The translations under genes and the position numbers were made by a program. DNA of 64,000 bases, taken from an uncultured Clostridia bacterium (GTDB lineage: Bacteria; Bacillota; Clostridia; Oscillospirales; CAG-382). Below are positions 1 through 9,273 of the stretch, one piece after another. Location: NCBI GenBank assembly GCA_947630765.1, contig CANRIX010000001.1, forward strand, positions 26,399 through 90,398, written 5' to 3'. Numbering within the stretch: the first letter of the stretch is position 1; each line of letters starts with the position of its first letter. The notes under the pieces are model-generated. The model made no database searches. It saw only the letters and a program-made list of their open reading frames with translations, and was not told the DNA's origin.

Positions 1-1
1 C

Positions 2-1378
2 AAGGGCGGCGTGGGGAAGATCGTCGAGTACGCCGGGGAAGGCGTCGAATCCCTCTCGGTCCCGGAACGGGCGACCATCACGAACATGGGCGCGGAACTC
101 GGCGCTTCGACCTCGATTTTCCCGTCCGACGAGGTGACGAGGGCATTCCTGAAAGCGCAGGGAAGGGAAGGGGACTGGATCCCGCTTTCCGCCGACCCGG
201 ATGCCGTCTACGACGAGGAGATCATGATCGACCTGTCCTCGCTCGAACCGTCCGCCGCCTGCCCGCACAGCCCGGATAACGTTAAAACCGTCCGGGAGAT
301 CGGACCGATGCGGGTGGATCAGGTCTGTATCGGCTCCTGCACGAATTCCTCGCTTTCGGACATGCTGAAGGTCGCGTCGATCCTGAAAGGCAAAACGGTC
401 GACGAGCACGTCAGCCTGTCCATCGCGCCCGGCTCGAAGCAGGTCTATAATATGCTCGCCGCCTGCGGTGCGCTTTCGGACATCATTTCCGCCGGTGCAC
501 GCGTACTGGAATGCGCCTGCGGCCCGTGCATCGGCATGGGGCAGTCGCCGAACAGCGCAGGCGTATCCCTGCGGACGTTCAACCGCAACTTCGAGGGACG
601 CAGCGGGACGAAGGACGCGCAGGTGTACCTCGTCAGCCCGGAAACGGCGGCGTATTCCGCGCTTCGCGGCGTGCTGTCCGACCCGCGGGAGCTCGGCGAG
701 CAGCCGGAATTCCCCCTGCCGGAGCATTTTCTGCTCAACGACAACATGATCATTCCCCCCGCATCCCCGGCGGAAGCGGAACAACTGGAGATCCTGCGCG
801 GACCGAACATCAAGCCGTTCCCGGTCAGCGGGCCGCTCGCCGAGGATATTTCCTGCGAATGCACGCTGAAGGTCGGCGACAACATCACGACCGACCACAT
901 CATGCCCGCCGGAGCGAAGATTTTGCCCTATCGGTCGAATATCCCGTACCTTTCCAAATTCTGTTTCGCCGTCTGCGACGAGGGATTCGCGGAGCGCTCC
1001 AAGCAGAAGGGGAGCGGGATCGTCGTCGGCGGGGAGAACTACGGACAGGGCTCCTCGCGGGAGCACGCGGCGCTCGTGCCGCTGTACCTCGGCGTCAAGG
1101 CGGTCGTCGTCAAGTCGTTCGCCCGCATCCACGTCGCGAACCTGATCAATGCCGGGATCCTGCCGCTGACGTTTGCGGACCCGGCGGACCACAAAAAAAT
1201 TTCGCAAGGGGATTCCCTGCGGCTCGCCAGGATCCGCGAAGCGATCGCACACGGTTCGACCGCGACGCTTGAAAACCTGACAAACGGGGAAAAGATCCCG
1301 CTGAAGGTGGAATTTTCCGAGCGGCAGCGCCGCATCCTGCTCGCGGGCGGACTGCTCAACGACACGAAAGGAGCCTGA
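2..1378 (+). CDS. aconitate hydratase, C-terminal ~455 aa (gene starts left of the window)
   Basis: Reading frame is open to the left edge. Aconitase-family Fe-S ligand motifs IGSCTNSS and CACGPCIGMG, plus swivel-domain block ENYGQGSSREHAA. icd follows 7 nt downstream. Confidence 0.85.
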   Translation, partial: KGGVGKIVEYAGEGVESLSVPERATITNMGAELGASTSIFPSDEVTRAFLKAQGREGDWIPLSADPDAVYDEEIMIDLSSLEPSAACPHSPDNVKTVREIGPMRVDQVCIGSCTNSSLSDMLKVASILKGKTVDEHVSLSIAPGSKQVYNMLAACGALSDIISAGARVLECACGPCIGMGQSPNSAGVSLRTFNRNFEGRSGTKDAQVYLVSPETAAYSALRGVLSDPRELGEQPEFPLPEHFLLNDNMIIPPASPAEAEQLEILRGPNIKPFPVSGPLAEDISCECTLKVGDNITTDHIMPAGAKILPYRSNIPYLSKFCFAVCDEGFAERSKQKGSGIVVGGENYGQGSSREHAALVPLYLGVKAVVVKSFARIHVANLINAGILPLTFADPADHKKISQGDSLRLARIREAIAHGSTATLENLTNGEKIPLKVEFSERQRRILLAGGLLNDTKGA

Positions 1379-1384
1379 ACGTTC

Positions 1385-2581
1385 ATGGACAAGATCCAAA
1401 TGAAAACGCCTCTCGTCGAGATGGACGGCGACGAGATGACCCGTGTGATCTGGCAGGAGATCAAGGAGATCCTGCTCCTTCCGTTCATCAACCTCAAGAC
1501 GGAATACTACGACCTCGGTCTTGCGCACCGCAACGATACCGACGACCAGGTGACGGTCGACGCTGCGGAAGCGACCAAAAAATACGGCGTCGCTGTCAAG
1601 TGCGCCACCATCACGCCGAACGCGGCCCGTATGGACGAGTACCGGCTCAAAAAAATGTGGAAAAGCCCGAACGGGACCATTCGCGCCCTGCTCGACGGGA
1701 CGGTATTCCGCACGCCGATCGTCGTCAAGGGCATCGAGCCCTATGTCAAGTCCTGGAAAAAGCCGATCTCCATCGCCCGTCATGCGTACGGGGACGTCTA
1801 CAAAGCGTCCGAAGTGCGCGTCCCGGCGGGCGCGAAAGCGGAAATTCTCGTCACCGACCGCGACGGCAGCCAAACGCGGACGCCGATCCACGATTTTCAG
1901 GGCGACGGCGTCGTGCAGGGGATGCACAACCTCGACGGCAGCATCGCCTCGTTCGCCCACGCCTGCTTCCGCTATGCGCTGGAGCAGAAAAAGGATCTGT
2001 GGTTCTCGACGAAGGACACCATCAGCAAGACCTACGACCACCGTTTCAAGGATATTTTCGCCGAAATTTACGAGCGGAACTATCGCGCAGACTTCGAGAA
2101 GGCGGGGATCACCTATTTCTATACGCTCATCGACGACGCGGTGGCACGGGTGATTCGCTCGGAAGGCGGATTCATCTGGGCCTGCAAGAACTATGACGGG
2201 GACGTGATGTCCGATATGCTCGCGACCGGTTTCGGGTCGCTTGCGATGATGACGTCGGTGCTGGTGTCGCCGGACGGCGTTTACGAGTACGAAGCCGCGC
2301 ACGGCACCGTGCAGCGCCATTACTACAAGCACCTCGCCGGGGAGGAGACTTCGACGAACTCTATCGCGACCATTTTCGCGTGGAGCGGTGCGCTCCGTAA
2401 GCGCGGCGAGCTGGACGGTCTGCCGGAGCTCTGCGCGTTCGCGGACAGACTGGAAAAGGCGTCCATCGACACGATCGAAAGCGGGGTCATGACGAAGGAC
2501 CTCTACCTGATCTCCTCGCTGTCCGATAAAAAGGCGGTCAATACGACCGAATTCCTGCGGGAGATCGCCAAACGGCTGTAA
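1385..2581 (+). CDS. icd: NADP-dependent isocitrate dehydrogenase (about 400-aa homodimeric, eukaryote-like subfamily)
   Basis: 398-aa ORF with blocks [31 protein letters not shown] and ARHAYGD typical of this IDH subfamily. Sits directly after aconitase. Confidence 0.9.
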   Translation: MDKIQMKTPLVEMDGDEMTRVIWQEIKEILLLPFINLKTEYYDLGLAHRNDTDDQVTVDAAEATKKYGVAVKCATITPNAARMDEYRLKKMWKSPNGTIRALLDGTVFRTPIVVKGIEPYVKSWKKPISIARHAYGDVYKASEVRVPAGAKAEILVTDRDGSQTRTPIHDFQGDGVVQGMHNLDGSIASFAHACFRYALEQKKDLWFSTKDTISKTYDHRFKDIFAEIYERNYRADFEKAGITYFYTLIDDAVARVIRSEGGFIWACKNYDGDVMSDMLATGFGSLAMMTSVLVSPDGVYEYEAAHGTVQRHYYKHLAGEETSTNSIATIFAWSGALRKRGELDGLPELCAFADRLEKASIDTIESGVMTKDLYLISSLSDKKAVNTTEFLREIAKRL

Positions 2582-2592
2582 AACACTCCAAA

Positions 2593-3378
2593 ATGGATTT
2601 CACAAACGAAAGCATTTTGCGAATCGCCATGCGGCAATCCGCGATCGACGCGAACTGCCGCGAGGAGGATTTTTTGCGGGACGAGAACGTCGTCGTTTCT
2701 TCGGCGAAAAATCCGTATGCACGAAAATACCTCGAACTGCCCTTGGACTGCAACCTGATTTCCTACGGGAACAATATCGTCGCTTCGGTCCGTGAAACCT
2801 ATCGCGGAATCGTTTCGGATTACATCGGTCGTTTTCCCGTCGCACATTGCTTTGAAACGCCGAATCTGCACATTCTGAACGACGAAATGCAGAAAAACGG
2901 GTTGCGCGTCTGCTTTATGGCGGAGTATTTCCTGCCCGACGTCACGGCGCTGAAAGCCCTTGACTGCCCCTACGCGTGCAGGACGCTGTATCCGGCGGAT
3001 TTCCAAACCCTCTATACGGACGCATGGCGCAACGCGCTGTGCGAAAAGCGGCGCGAACTGGACGTTTTGGGCGTCGGTGCATACGACGGCGAAACGCTTG
3101 TCGGGCTTGCCGCCTGCTCCGCAGACTGCGAAACGATGTGGCAGATCGGCGTGGACGTCCTTCCCGGGTATCGCAGGCGGGGCGTCGCGTCGGCGCTCAC
3201 GAGCCGATTGGCGCTTGCGATTCTGGAGCGGGGGAGGGTCCCGTTCTACTGCGCCGCGTGGTCGAATCTCCCGTCCGTCCGCAACGCGATCCGAAGCGGA
3301 TTCCGCCCCGCATGGGTGGAAACCACCGTCAAAAGCGCTTCTTTCGTCGATGAAATGAACGGCATACGCCCCCGATAA
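2593..3378 (+). CDS. GNAT family N-acetyltransferase
   Basis: 261-aa ORF. Acetyl-CoA-binding block QIGVDVLPGYRRRGVASALTSRL lies in the C-terminal half. Confidence 0.7.
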   Translation: MDFTNESILRIAMRQSAIDANCREEDFLRDENVVVSSAKNPYARKYLELPLDCNLISYGNNIVASVRETYRGIVSDYIGRFPVAHCFETPNLHILNDEMQKNGLRVCFMAEYFLPDVTALKALDCPYACRTLYPADFQTLYTDAWRNALCEKRRELDVLGVGAYDGETLVGLAACSADCETMWQIGVDVLPGYRRRGVASALTSRLALAILERGRVPFYCAAWSNLPSVRNAIRSGFRPAWVETTVKSASFVDEMNGIRPR

Positions 3379-3406
3379 AGGACGTATGCCGTTCGTTTTG
3401 TTTTTT
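3361..3406 (+). terminator. rho-independent terminator candidate after the GNAT gene
   Basis: Hairpin GGCATACG (3361-3368) / CGTATGCC (3383-3390), followed by gttcgttttgtttttt. The stop codon lies in the loop. The site sits between convergent genes. Confidence 0.55.
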
Positions 3407-4764
3407 CAGTTCTTCAGCGAATGGATCGGGGCGGGGATCAGGCCGCCGCGCGAAATGAAGCGGCTCGGGTCGGCCCGGTTGATCCGCATGACCGGCGCGT
3501 CCCCCAAAAGTCCGCCGAAGGAAAGGGATTCGCCTTCCTTTTTTCCGATGGCGGGAATGACGCGGACCGCCGTCGTCTTGGTATTCGCCACGCCGATGGA
3601 CAGCTCGTCCGCGATCAGCGCGGAAATGACCGCGGCGGACGTGTCGCCGGGGATCGCGATCATATCCAGCCCCACCGAGCAGACCGCCGTCATCGCTTCC
3701 AGCTTTTCGACGGTCAGACAGCCGCTTTTCGCGGCGGCGATCATGCCTTCGTCCTCGGACACGGGAATGAACGCCCCGGAAAGCCCGCCGACCCGCGAGG
3801 ACGCCATGACGCCGCCCTTCTTGACCGCGTCGTTGAGCAGCGCCAGTGCCGCCGTCGTCCCGCAGCCGCCGCAGCAGCCGACGCCCATCGCCTCTAAAAT
3901 CCGTGCGACCGAATCGCCGACGGCAGGCGTGGGCGCGAGGGACAAATCGACGATCCCGAAGGGGACGCCGAGCCGCCTGCTCGCTTCCCCCGCGATCAAC
4001 TGCCCCATGCGGGTGATTTTGAAGGCGGTTTTCTTGATGACCTCGGCAAGCTCCTCAAACGGGGCGTCCGGGCATTTTTCGATCGCCGCGCACACCACGC
4101 CGGGACCCGAGACTCCGACGTTGATCACACAGTCGCCCTCGCCGACGCCGTGGAACGCGCCCGCCATGAACGGGTTGTCCTCCGGCGCGTTGGCGAACAC
4201 GACCAGCTTCGCAGCACCGATGCACTGCTTGTCCTGCGTCAGTTCCGCCGTCCGGCGAATAATCTGCCCCATGCGGGCGACCGCGTCCATGTTCAGCCCC
4301 GCCTTGGTCGTCGCCGCGTTGACGGATGCGCAGACCCGCTCGGTGGACGAGAGCGCTTCGGGGATCGTGTCGATCAGGATGCGTTCGGATTCCGTCGCCC
4401 CCTTCGGCACCAGTGCGGTGTAGCCGCCGATGAAATTGATTCCGAGCGTTTCCGCCGCACGGTCCAGCGCACGGGCGATCCGCAGGAATCCCTCGGCGTC
4501 CTGCCCGGCGCCGACCAGCGAGATCGGCGTGACGGACACCCGTTTGTTGACGATCGGGATGCCGTATTCCCGTTCCAGCTCTTCGCCGACCCGAACGAGG
4601 TGCTCGGCACGGGTGGTGACGGTATCGTAGATGCGGTCCTCAAGACCCGTCGGTTCGCCCCCCGCACAGCGCAGGAGGGAGATCCCCATCGTGACAGTGC
4701 GGATATCGAGGTGCTCGGTTTCGATCATGCGGACGGTTTCGAGAATATCGTTGGTATTCAGCAT
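3406..4764 (-). CDS. UPF0210 / DUF711 family protein (function unknown)
   Basis: 452-aa ORF with the family-typical N-terminus [31 protein letters not shown]. Lies immediately downstream of its usual small ACT-domain partner. Confidence 0.75.
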   Translation of the reverse strand: MLNTNDILETVRMIETEHLDIRTVTMGISLLRCAGGEPTGLEDRIYDTVTTRAEHLVRVGEELEREYGIPIVNKRVSVTPISLVGAGQDAEGFLRIARALDRAAETLGINFIGGYTALVPKGATESERILIDTIPEALSSTERVCASVNAATTKAGLNMDAVARMGQIIRRTAELTQDKQCIGAAKLVVFANAPEDNPFMAGAFHGVGEGDCVINVGVSGPGVVCAAIEKCPDAPFEELAEVIKKTAFKITRMGQLIAGEASRRLGVPFGIVDLSLAPTPAVGDSVARILEAMGVGCCGGCGTTAALALLNDAVKKGGVMASSRVGGLSGAFIPVSEDEGMIAAAKSGCLTVEKLEAMTAVCSVGLDMIAIPGDTSAAVISALIADELSIGVANTKTTAVRVIPAIGKKEGESLSFGGLLGDAPVMRINRADPSRFISRGGLIPAPIHSLKN

Positions 4765-4782
4765 ATGGAAGCCCCTTTCCGC

Positions 4783-5052
4783 TCAGATGCGGTGCATGGA
4801 GTTGAAAACGTCCTCGTGCATGGCGTGGATCTTCAGCCCGTTCTTCTCCGCGAGCTTTTCAAGCTCGTCCGCGAATGCGCCGAACGGGGTACGCATGCGG
4901 TCGAGGTCCACGAGCATCATCATCGCGAAGTATTCCTGCATGACCGTCTGCGAAATATCGACGATATTCGCCCCGTGCTCGGTGCAGAGCGCGGACACCG
5001 CCGCGATGATCCCCATGCTGTCCTTCCCGGTAACCGTAATAACTGCTTTCAT
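4783..5052 (-). CDS. ACT domain-containing protein (UPF0237-like)
   Basis: Start moved to MKAVITVTGKDSMGIIAAVSALCTEHGANIVDISQ (M24 of the track ORF). About 89 aa with an ACT beta-alpha-beta start. Paired with the UPF0210 gene. Confidence 0.7.
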   Translation of the reverse strand: MKAVITVTGKDSMGIIAAVSALCTEHGANIVDISQTVMQEYFAMMMLVDLDRMRTPFGAFADELEKLAEKNGLKIHAMHEDVFNSMHRI

Positions 5053-5191
5053 CTGTTCAGAACTGTCCTTTCCAATCGTTGCGATTACGCATAGTATACA
5101 CAATTTTCCGAAAAAAAGCAAGGTCTTTCCGAAAAAAGCGGTGTTTTTCCGCAGATTTTCCGTCGCAGGGGAGGCTTTTTTCGAAAAAAGA

Positions 5192-5220
5192 TTGACAATC
5201 CCGGGAAAGAATGGTATACT
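5192..5220 (+). promoter_or_regulatory. sigma-A-type promoter of the GT2 operon
   Basis: TTGACA (5192-5197), 17-nt spacer, TATACT (5215-5220), about 60 nt upstream of the ATG at 5282. Confidence 0.6.
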
Positions 5221-5281
5221 GATACACGGATTATTTTGCGAAGACCGCGAAATCGACCGTCAATTTCTATTGGAGGTTCCT

Positions 5282-6553
5282 ATGCAGACCGCAAGAACGG
5301 TAATCACCATTATCGAAATTGTTTTAACTGTTTTCTTCGCCCTGCTGTTTGTCTATCAGTTTTTTTATACGTTCTACGTCCTGTTTGCCCGCGAGAAGGA
5401 AAAGCCGTTGCTTCGGAACAAGCAGAACCGCTTCGGCGTGATCATTCCCGCCCGCAACGAGCAGCAGGTCATCGGGCAGCTTATCGACAGTATCCGCAGG
5501 CAGACCTATCCGACCGAGCTGATCCGCATCTTCGTCATCGCGGACAATTGCACGGACGGCACGGCGGAGATCGCGCGGCAGATGGGCGCCTATGTGCTCG
5601 AACGGCAGGACCGGGAGCTCGTCGGCAAGGGGTACGCGCTGGATTACTTTTTCAAGCACCTGCGCGAACGCGGCGACGCCTGCGACGCGTACCTCGTCTT
5701 TGACGCGGACAACCTTCTTGACGAACATTTCATCGAGGAGATGAACAACGGGCTGAACCGCGGGTATCAGGCGCTGACCTCCTACCGCAATTCCAAGAAT
5801 TACGGCACCAACTGGATCTCCGCCGGGTATTCCCTCTGGTTCCTGCGCGAAGCAAAGTACCTGAACAACGCCCGCATGCAGCTCAACACCAGCTGCGCCA
5901 TTTCTGGGACCGGCTTCTGCGTCAGCAGGGAACTGATCGAAAAGAACGGCGGCTGGCCGTTCCACCTCCTGACGGAGGACATGGAATTCACGATCAACAC
6001 CATCGTCAACGGCGGAAAGATCGGCTACTGCGGAAAAGCGATGCTCTACGACGAGCAGCCGGTCAAATTTTCGCAGTCGTGGAACCAACGACTGCGCTGG
6101 GCGAAGGGGTTCTATCAGGTGTTCGGCCGGTACGCCGGGAAGCTGTTCAAGGGCATTCTCCACGGGAGCTTCGCCTGCTACGATATGATGGTGACGATCC
6201 TGCCCGGGATCCTCGGGTTCGCCGTTTCCGTCATCTGCTCGATCGCCGACCTCAGCTTTTGGCTTCTCTATCCCGAAAGCAACAGCCTGCAAAGGGCGAT
6301 CACCATCATGATCATCTTTTTGATCTTCTACTACCTTTTGATGTTCTTCATGGGGCTTTTGACCATGCTGACCGAAGGGGACAATATCAGCGGGTGCTCC
6401 CGCGGACGAAAGCTCTGGTCGATCTTCACGTTCCCGTTCTACATGGCGACGTATCTGCCGATCGCGGTGGTCGCGCTGTTCAAAAAAGTCGGCTGGAAGC
6501 CGATCCAACATACGGTGGCAAAGTCCATCGACGACCTGAGCAAGAAGCAATAA
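5282..6553 (+). CDS. processive family-2 glycosyltransferase (PgaC/IcaA/cellulose-synthase-like polysaccharide synthase)
   Basis: True start MQTARTVITII, preceded by RBS ggagg. The upstream part of track ORF 4631-6553 is antisense to other genes. Motifs VFDADN, HLLTEDMEF (TED) and QRLRWAKG (QxxRW). One N-terminal and several C-terminal TM helices. Confidence 0.85.
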   Translation: MQTARTVITIIEIVLTVFFALLFVYQFFYTFYVLFAREKEKPLLRNKQNRFGVIIPARNEQQVIGQLIDSIRRQTYPTELIRIFVIADNCTDGTAEIARQMGAYVLERQDRELVGKGYALDYFFKHLRERGDACDAYLVFDADNLLDEHFIEEMNNGLNRGYQALTSYRNSKNYGTNWISAGYSLWFLREAKYLNNARMQLNTSCAISGTGFCVSRELIEKNGGWPFHLLTEDMEFTINTIVNGGKIGYCGKAMLYDEQPVKFSQSWNQRLRWAKGFYQVFGRYAGKLFKGILHGSFACYDMMVTILPGILGFAVSVICSIADLSFWLLYPESNSLQRAITIMIIFLIFYYLLMFFMGLLTMLTEGDNISGCSRGRKLWSIFTFPFYMATYLPIAVVALFKKVGWKPIQHTVAKSIDDLSKKQ

Positions 6554-6578
6554 ATTCGGAAAATAGGGGAAACTTTTC

Positions 6579-7832
6579 ATGACGAAACGGATTTTGGCAG
6601 TCTGTGCACTTTTTGCGGTGCTTTGCTGCGGCGTCGCCGCGGTCCTGCCTGCGAATGCGGAAACCGGCTGGACTGCTGCGATTAATATCGAACGGACGGC
6701 GGAGGATACGGAAGCGGGAACGGTGACGGTCCGCGTTTCCGTCGAAGAAATCACCTGTCAAAGCGGGATCTTTCTTGCCGTGTATGACGTGTATTACGAT
6801 ACGTCCTTGCTGGAATTGATTTCCTGGGAAAACGCAAAACCGTCCGGCTGGAACTTCGCCGACGAAACGGCGGAGGACTGGACACATGTCGAGGAAGAGC
6901 CAGAGCCTTACCTTTCCTATACCATCATGAACGCGGGAACGTCGAACGGCGTGAAGCGGAATGGAGAACTGTATACCGACCTGACGTTCAAGGTGCTTTC
7001 GGATACGGCGGAATCCGCGTCCGTCACCGTGCGGAACATCCAATTCGCCGACGTATCCAACGAATCCATGCTGAATCCGTGCACACTGTCGGACCAAACC
7101 TGCGAGATCGGTTTGCACGGCAACGCAAGCACGCCGGTCGTCCCGATCGAGAGCAGCGAGCCGTCCGTTTCGGAAGACGCTTCGACGGCAAGCGAGCCGT
7201 CCGTGAGCGACGAAACCTCGCAAAGCAATTCGACCGTGCAGGGCGACGTCTCGCAGGATCGTGTGCCCGTGCAGGGCGACGCGCCCGTCGACAAAGAGGG
7301 CAATCACCGCATCACGATGTATATTACGGTCGAGGAAATTCGGAACGACACGGGGGTTTCCGGGATCTCCCTGCAGCTGAAATACAACGAGAGCTTCCTG
7401 CAATACCTCTCCCGCACCTGCATTACGCCGGACGGTTGGAGCGACGTGGAGGATCTTTCGACCCCGCCGGACAACGGAAAGATGACCCTATCGGTCGTCT
7501 GTCACGATGTGGGGAACGGTGCAAAGGAGGACGGCTCGCTCGGATTTTTGGTCGAATTTTCGTACAACGGGACGGATTTTGACCAGAGTATCTTCCAAAT
7601 CGAGCAAATTCACCTGACCGATGAATTCGGCAAGGAACTGGATTCGGACAGCTGCCGAGTCACCGTCAGTTACGAGATGGACGATATTCCGATGACGGCG
7701 GAGGACCTACAATTGCCGGATCCGTCGGAGGGAAGCGTTTGGAAGATCCTGCTGGCCGTCGCCGCGTCGGTCGTCGTGCTTAGCGCCGCAGTCGCGGGAT
7801 TCCTGATTTTCAGAAAGAAGAAGATGCTATGA
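6579..7832 (+). CDS. secreted, C-terminally membrane-anchored protein with two cohesin-like domains
   Basis: Signal peptide MTKRILAVCALFAVLCCGVAAVLPANA. Two similar modules (GTVTVRVSVEEITCQSGIFLAVYDVYYDTSLLELISWEN and HRITMYITVEEIRNDTGVSGISLQLKYNESFLQYLSRTC) are separated by an S/E/T-rich linker. C-terminal TM WKILLAVAASVVVLSAAVAGFLIF followed by RKKK. The cohesin assignment rests on pattern recognition only. Confidence 0.6.
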   Translation: MTKRILAVCALFAVLCCGVAAVLPANAETGWTAAINIERTAEDTEAGTVTVRVSVEEITCQSGIFLAVYDVYYDTSLLELISWENAKPSGWNFADETAEDWTHVEEEPEPYLSYTIMNAGTSNGVKRNGELYTDLTFKVLSDTAESASVTVRNIQFADVSNESMLNPCTLSDQTCEIGLHGNASTPVVPIESSEPSVSEDASTASEPSVSDETSQSNSTVQGDVSQDRVPVQGDAPVDKEGNHRITMYITVEEIRNDTGVSGISLQLKYNESFLQYLSRTCITPDGWSDVEDLSTPPDNGKMTLSVVCHDVGNGAKEDGSLGFLVEFSYNGTDFDQSIFQIEQIHLTDEFGKELDSDSCRVTVSYEMDDIPMTAEDLQLPDPSEGSVWKILLAVAASVVVLSAAVAGFLIFRKKKML

Positions 7833-8407
7833 ACCGTCTGCGTGAATTTTGGTCGGCGTATTCCCGAAATATCATCCGTTTCTGGACCAATCAGCTCGTG
7901 ATGTCCTTTCTCGGCATCAGCGTCGGGCTTGCGACGATCGCGTTGAAGAACGAAGCCGTGTCGGCGCTCGGGAGCGCGTTGTGTATCGGGATCCTTTGCT
8001 TCATGCAGTACGACAACCTGTTTCAGCTCGGAGAAAAGCACCATTTTCGCCCGGCGGATGCCAATCGCCCTGCGAAATCGCTCGGGCTGAAGATCGCACT
8101 GCTCGGTTCCTGCCCGCTTTTGCTGGTGATCCTGCTCGGGCTTCTTGTTTCCGTCGTTGCGTCGGACGATGTGCATGTAATTTTCATGCTGATCCATATC
8201 GCCCTGCACGGCAGCTACCTGTATCCGTTGACCTTCCTTTCGGTGGAAGGGACGATCGGCTGGCTGGGCGGACCGCTCGGCTGGCTGGTCTGCCTGCTGT
8301 TCCTGCTGCCGGAGGTACTGTTTGCCGGGCTCGGCTATCTGCTCGGCTCGAAGGATCGCCCGCTTCGCACGTTTTTCGGGATTCGCTACGGCAAAAAAGA
8401 GAAGTGA
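7829..8407 (+). CDS. polytopic membrane protein, function unknown
   Basis: 192-aa ORF whose ATG overlaps the upstream stop (ATGA), suggesting translational coupling. Four to five hydrophobic helices. I recognise no motif. Confidence 0.6.
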   Translation: MNRLREFWSAYSRNIIRFWTNQLVMSFLGISVGLATIALKNEAVSALGSALCIGILCFMQYDNLFQLGEKHHFRPADANRPAKSLGLKIALLGSCPLLLVILLGLLVSVVASDDVHVIFMLIHIALHGSYLYPLTFLSVEGTIGWLGGPLGWLVCLLFLLPEVLFAGLGYLLGSKDRPLRTFFGIRYGKKEK

Positions 8408-8483
8408 ATGGGCAGGGGAGGCATATTGCACAGCACGCTTTCATACCTTGTAATAAAACGCAAGGTGCAAAGGATGTGCGCAT

Positions 8484-9257
8484 ATGGAAACCCCTTCGTC
8501 CTCGGAATTTCGGGAACCGCGGTTCTTTCTGGTGCTTCTCAGTGTCGTGCTGGCCGTCGTGCTGGTGTTCTATTTCATAACGTCCATGGTGACGTCGGTC
8601 GGATACCACGCTTTCGCAGAAGCGGACGCGGAACCGGCAGGGGAGTCGCCCGGATTTACGATCCTCCTCGACGCGGGACACGGCGGAGAGGACCCCGGCG
8701 CGGTCGCCAACGGGCTGAACGAGAAGGATTTGAACCTGCAGATCGCTTTGAAAACCGCCGCATTCCTGCGCCTTTCCGGCTGCAACGTCGTCCTGACGCG
8801 CTCGGAGGACCGCCTGCTGTACAACAGCGGCGAAGAAAAGCGGAAAAAGTATTATGACCTGTATAACCGCCTGAAATGCGCGGAATCATACCCGGATGCG
8901 ATCTTTGTCAGCATCCATATGAACAAGTTTCCGATGGAAAACTGCCAAGGGCTGCAGACGTTTTATTCCGTGAACGACCCGCGCAGCGCTCTGCTCGCGG
9001 AGGCGCTGCAATCGTCCTCGACGCTCGTCATGCCCGACAATCGGCGGACCATCAAGTCGGACAATAAGACCATTTTCCTGCTAAAAAACCTGAAAATGCC
9101 CGCCGTTATCGTCGAATGTGGGTTCCTTTCCAATCCGACCGACGCGGAACACCTTGCGGACAAATCCTACCAGGACGAACTCGCGTTCGCGCTCGCGTCC
9201 GGGATCGGGCGGTACTGCGAAGCGGTGCGGGAGAACGGCGGCGCAGCGTCCCCATAA
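8484..9257 (+). CDS. cwlD: N-acetylmuramoyl-L-alanine amidase, CwlD-like (spore cortex)
   Basis: N-terminal TM segment followed by the amidase_3 block ILLDAGHGGEDPGAV...DLNL...IFVSIHMN...VECGFLSNP. Size and architecture match CwlD. Confidence 0.8.
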   Translation: METPSSSEFREPRFFLVLLSVVLAVVLVFYFITSMVTSVGYHAFAEADAEPAGESPGFTILLDAGHGGEDPGAVANGLNEKDLNLQIALKTAAFLRLSGCNVVLTRSEDRLLYNSGEEKRKKYYDLYNRLKCAESYPDAIFVSIHMNKFPMENCQGLQTFYSVNDPRSALLAEALQSSSTLVMPDNRRTIKSDNKTIFLLKNLKMPAVIVECGFLSNPTDAEHLADKSYQDELAFALASGIGRYCEAVRENGGAASP

Positions 9258-9273
9258 AACGGGAGGAAATAAG

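Noticed and set aside
4631-5281. N-terminal 217 codons of the track ORF 4631-6553
   Set aside because: This part overlaps the ACT and UPF0210 genes in antisense and crosses the intergenic promoter. The GT2 protein starts at 5282 with a good RBS and an N-terminal TM helix.
5221-5281. Riboswitch (for example c-di-GMP) in the GT2 leader
   Set aside because: The leader is only about 60 nt, and I recognised no conserved riboswitch core.
5324-6754. 476-aa minus-strand ORF
   Set aside because: Antisense to the GT2 synthase, which has clear catalytic motifs. Its composition is dominated by R, P, A, D and V runs.
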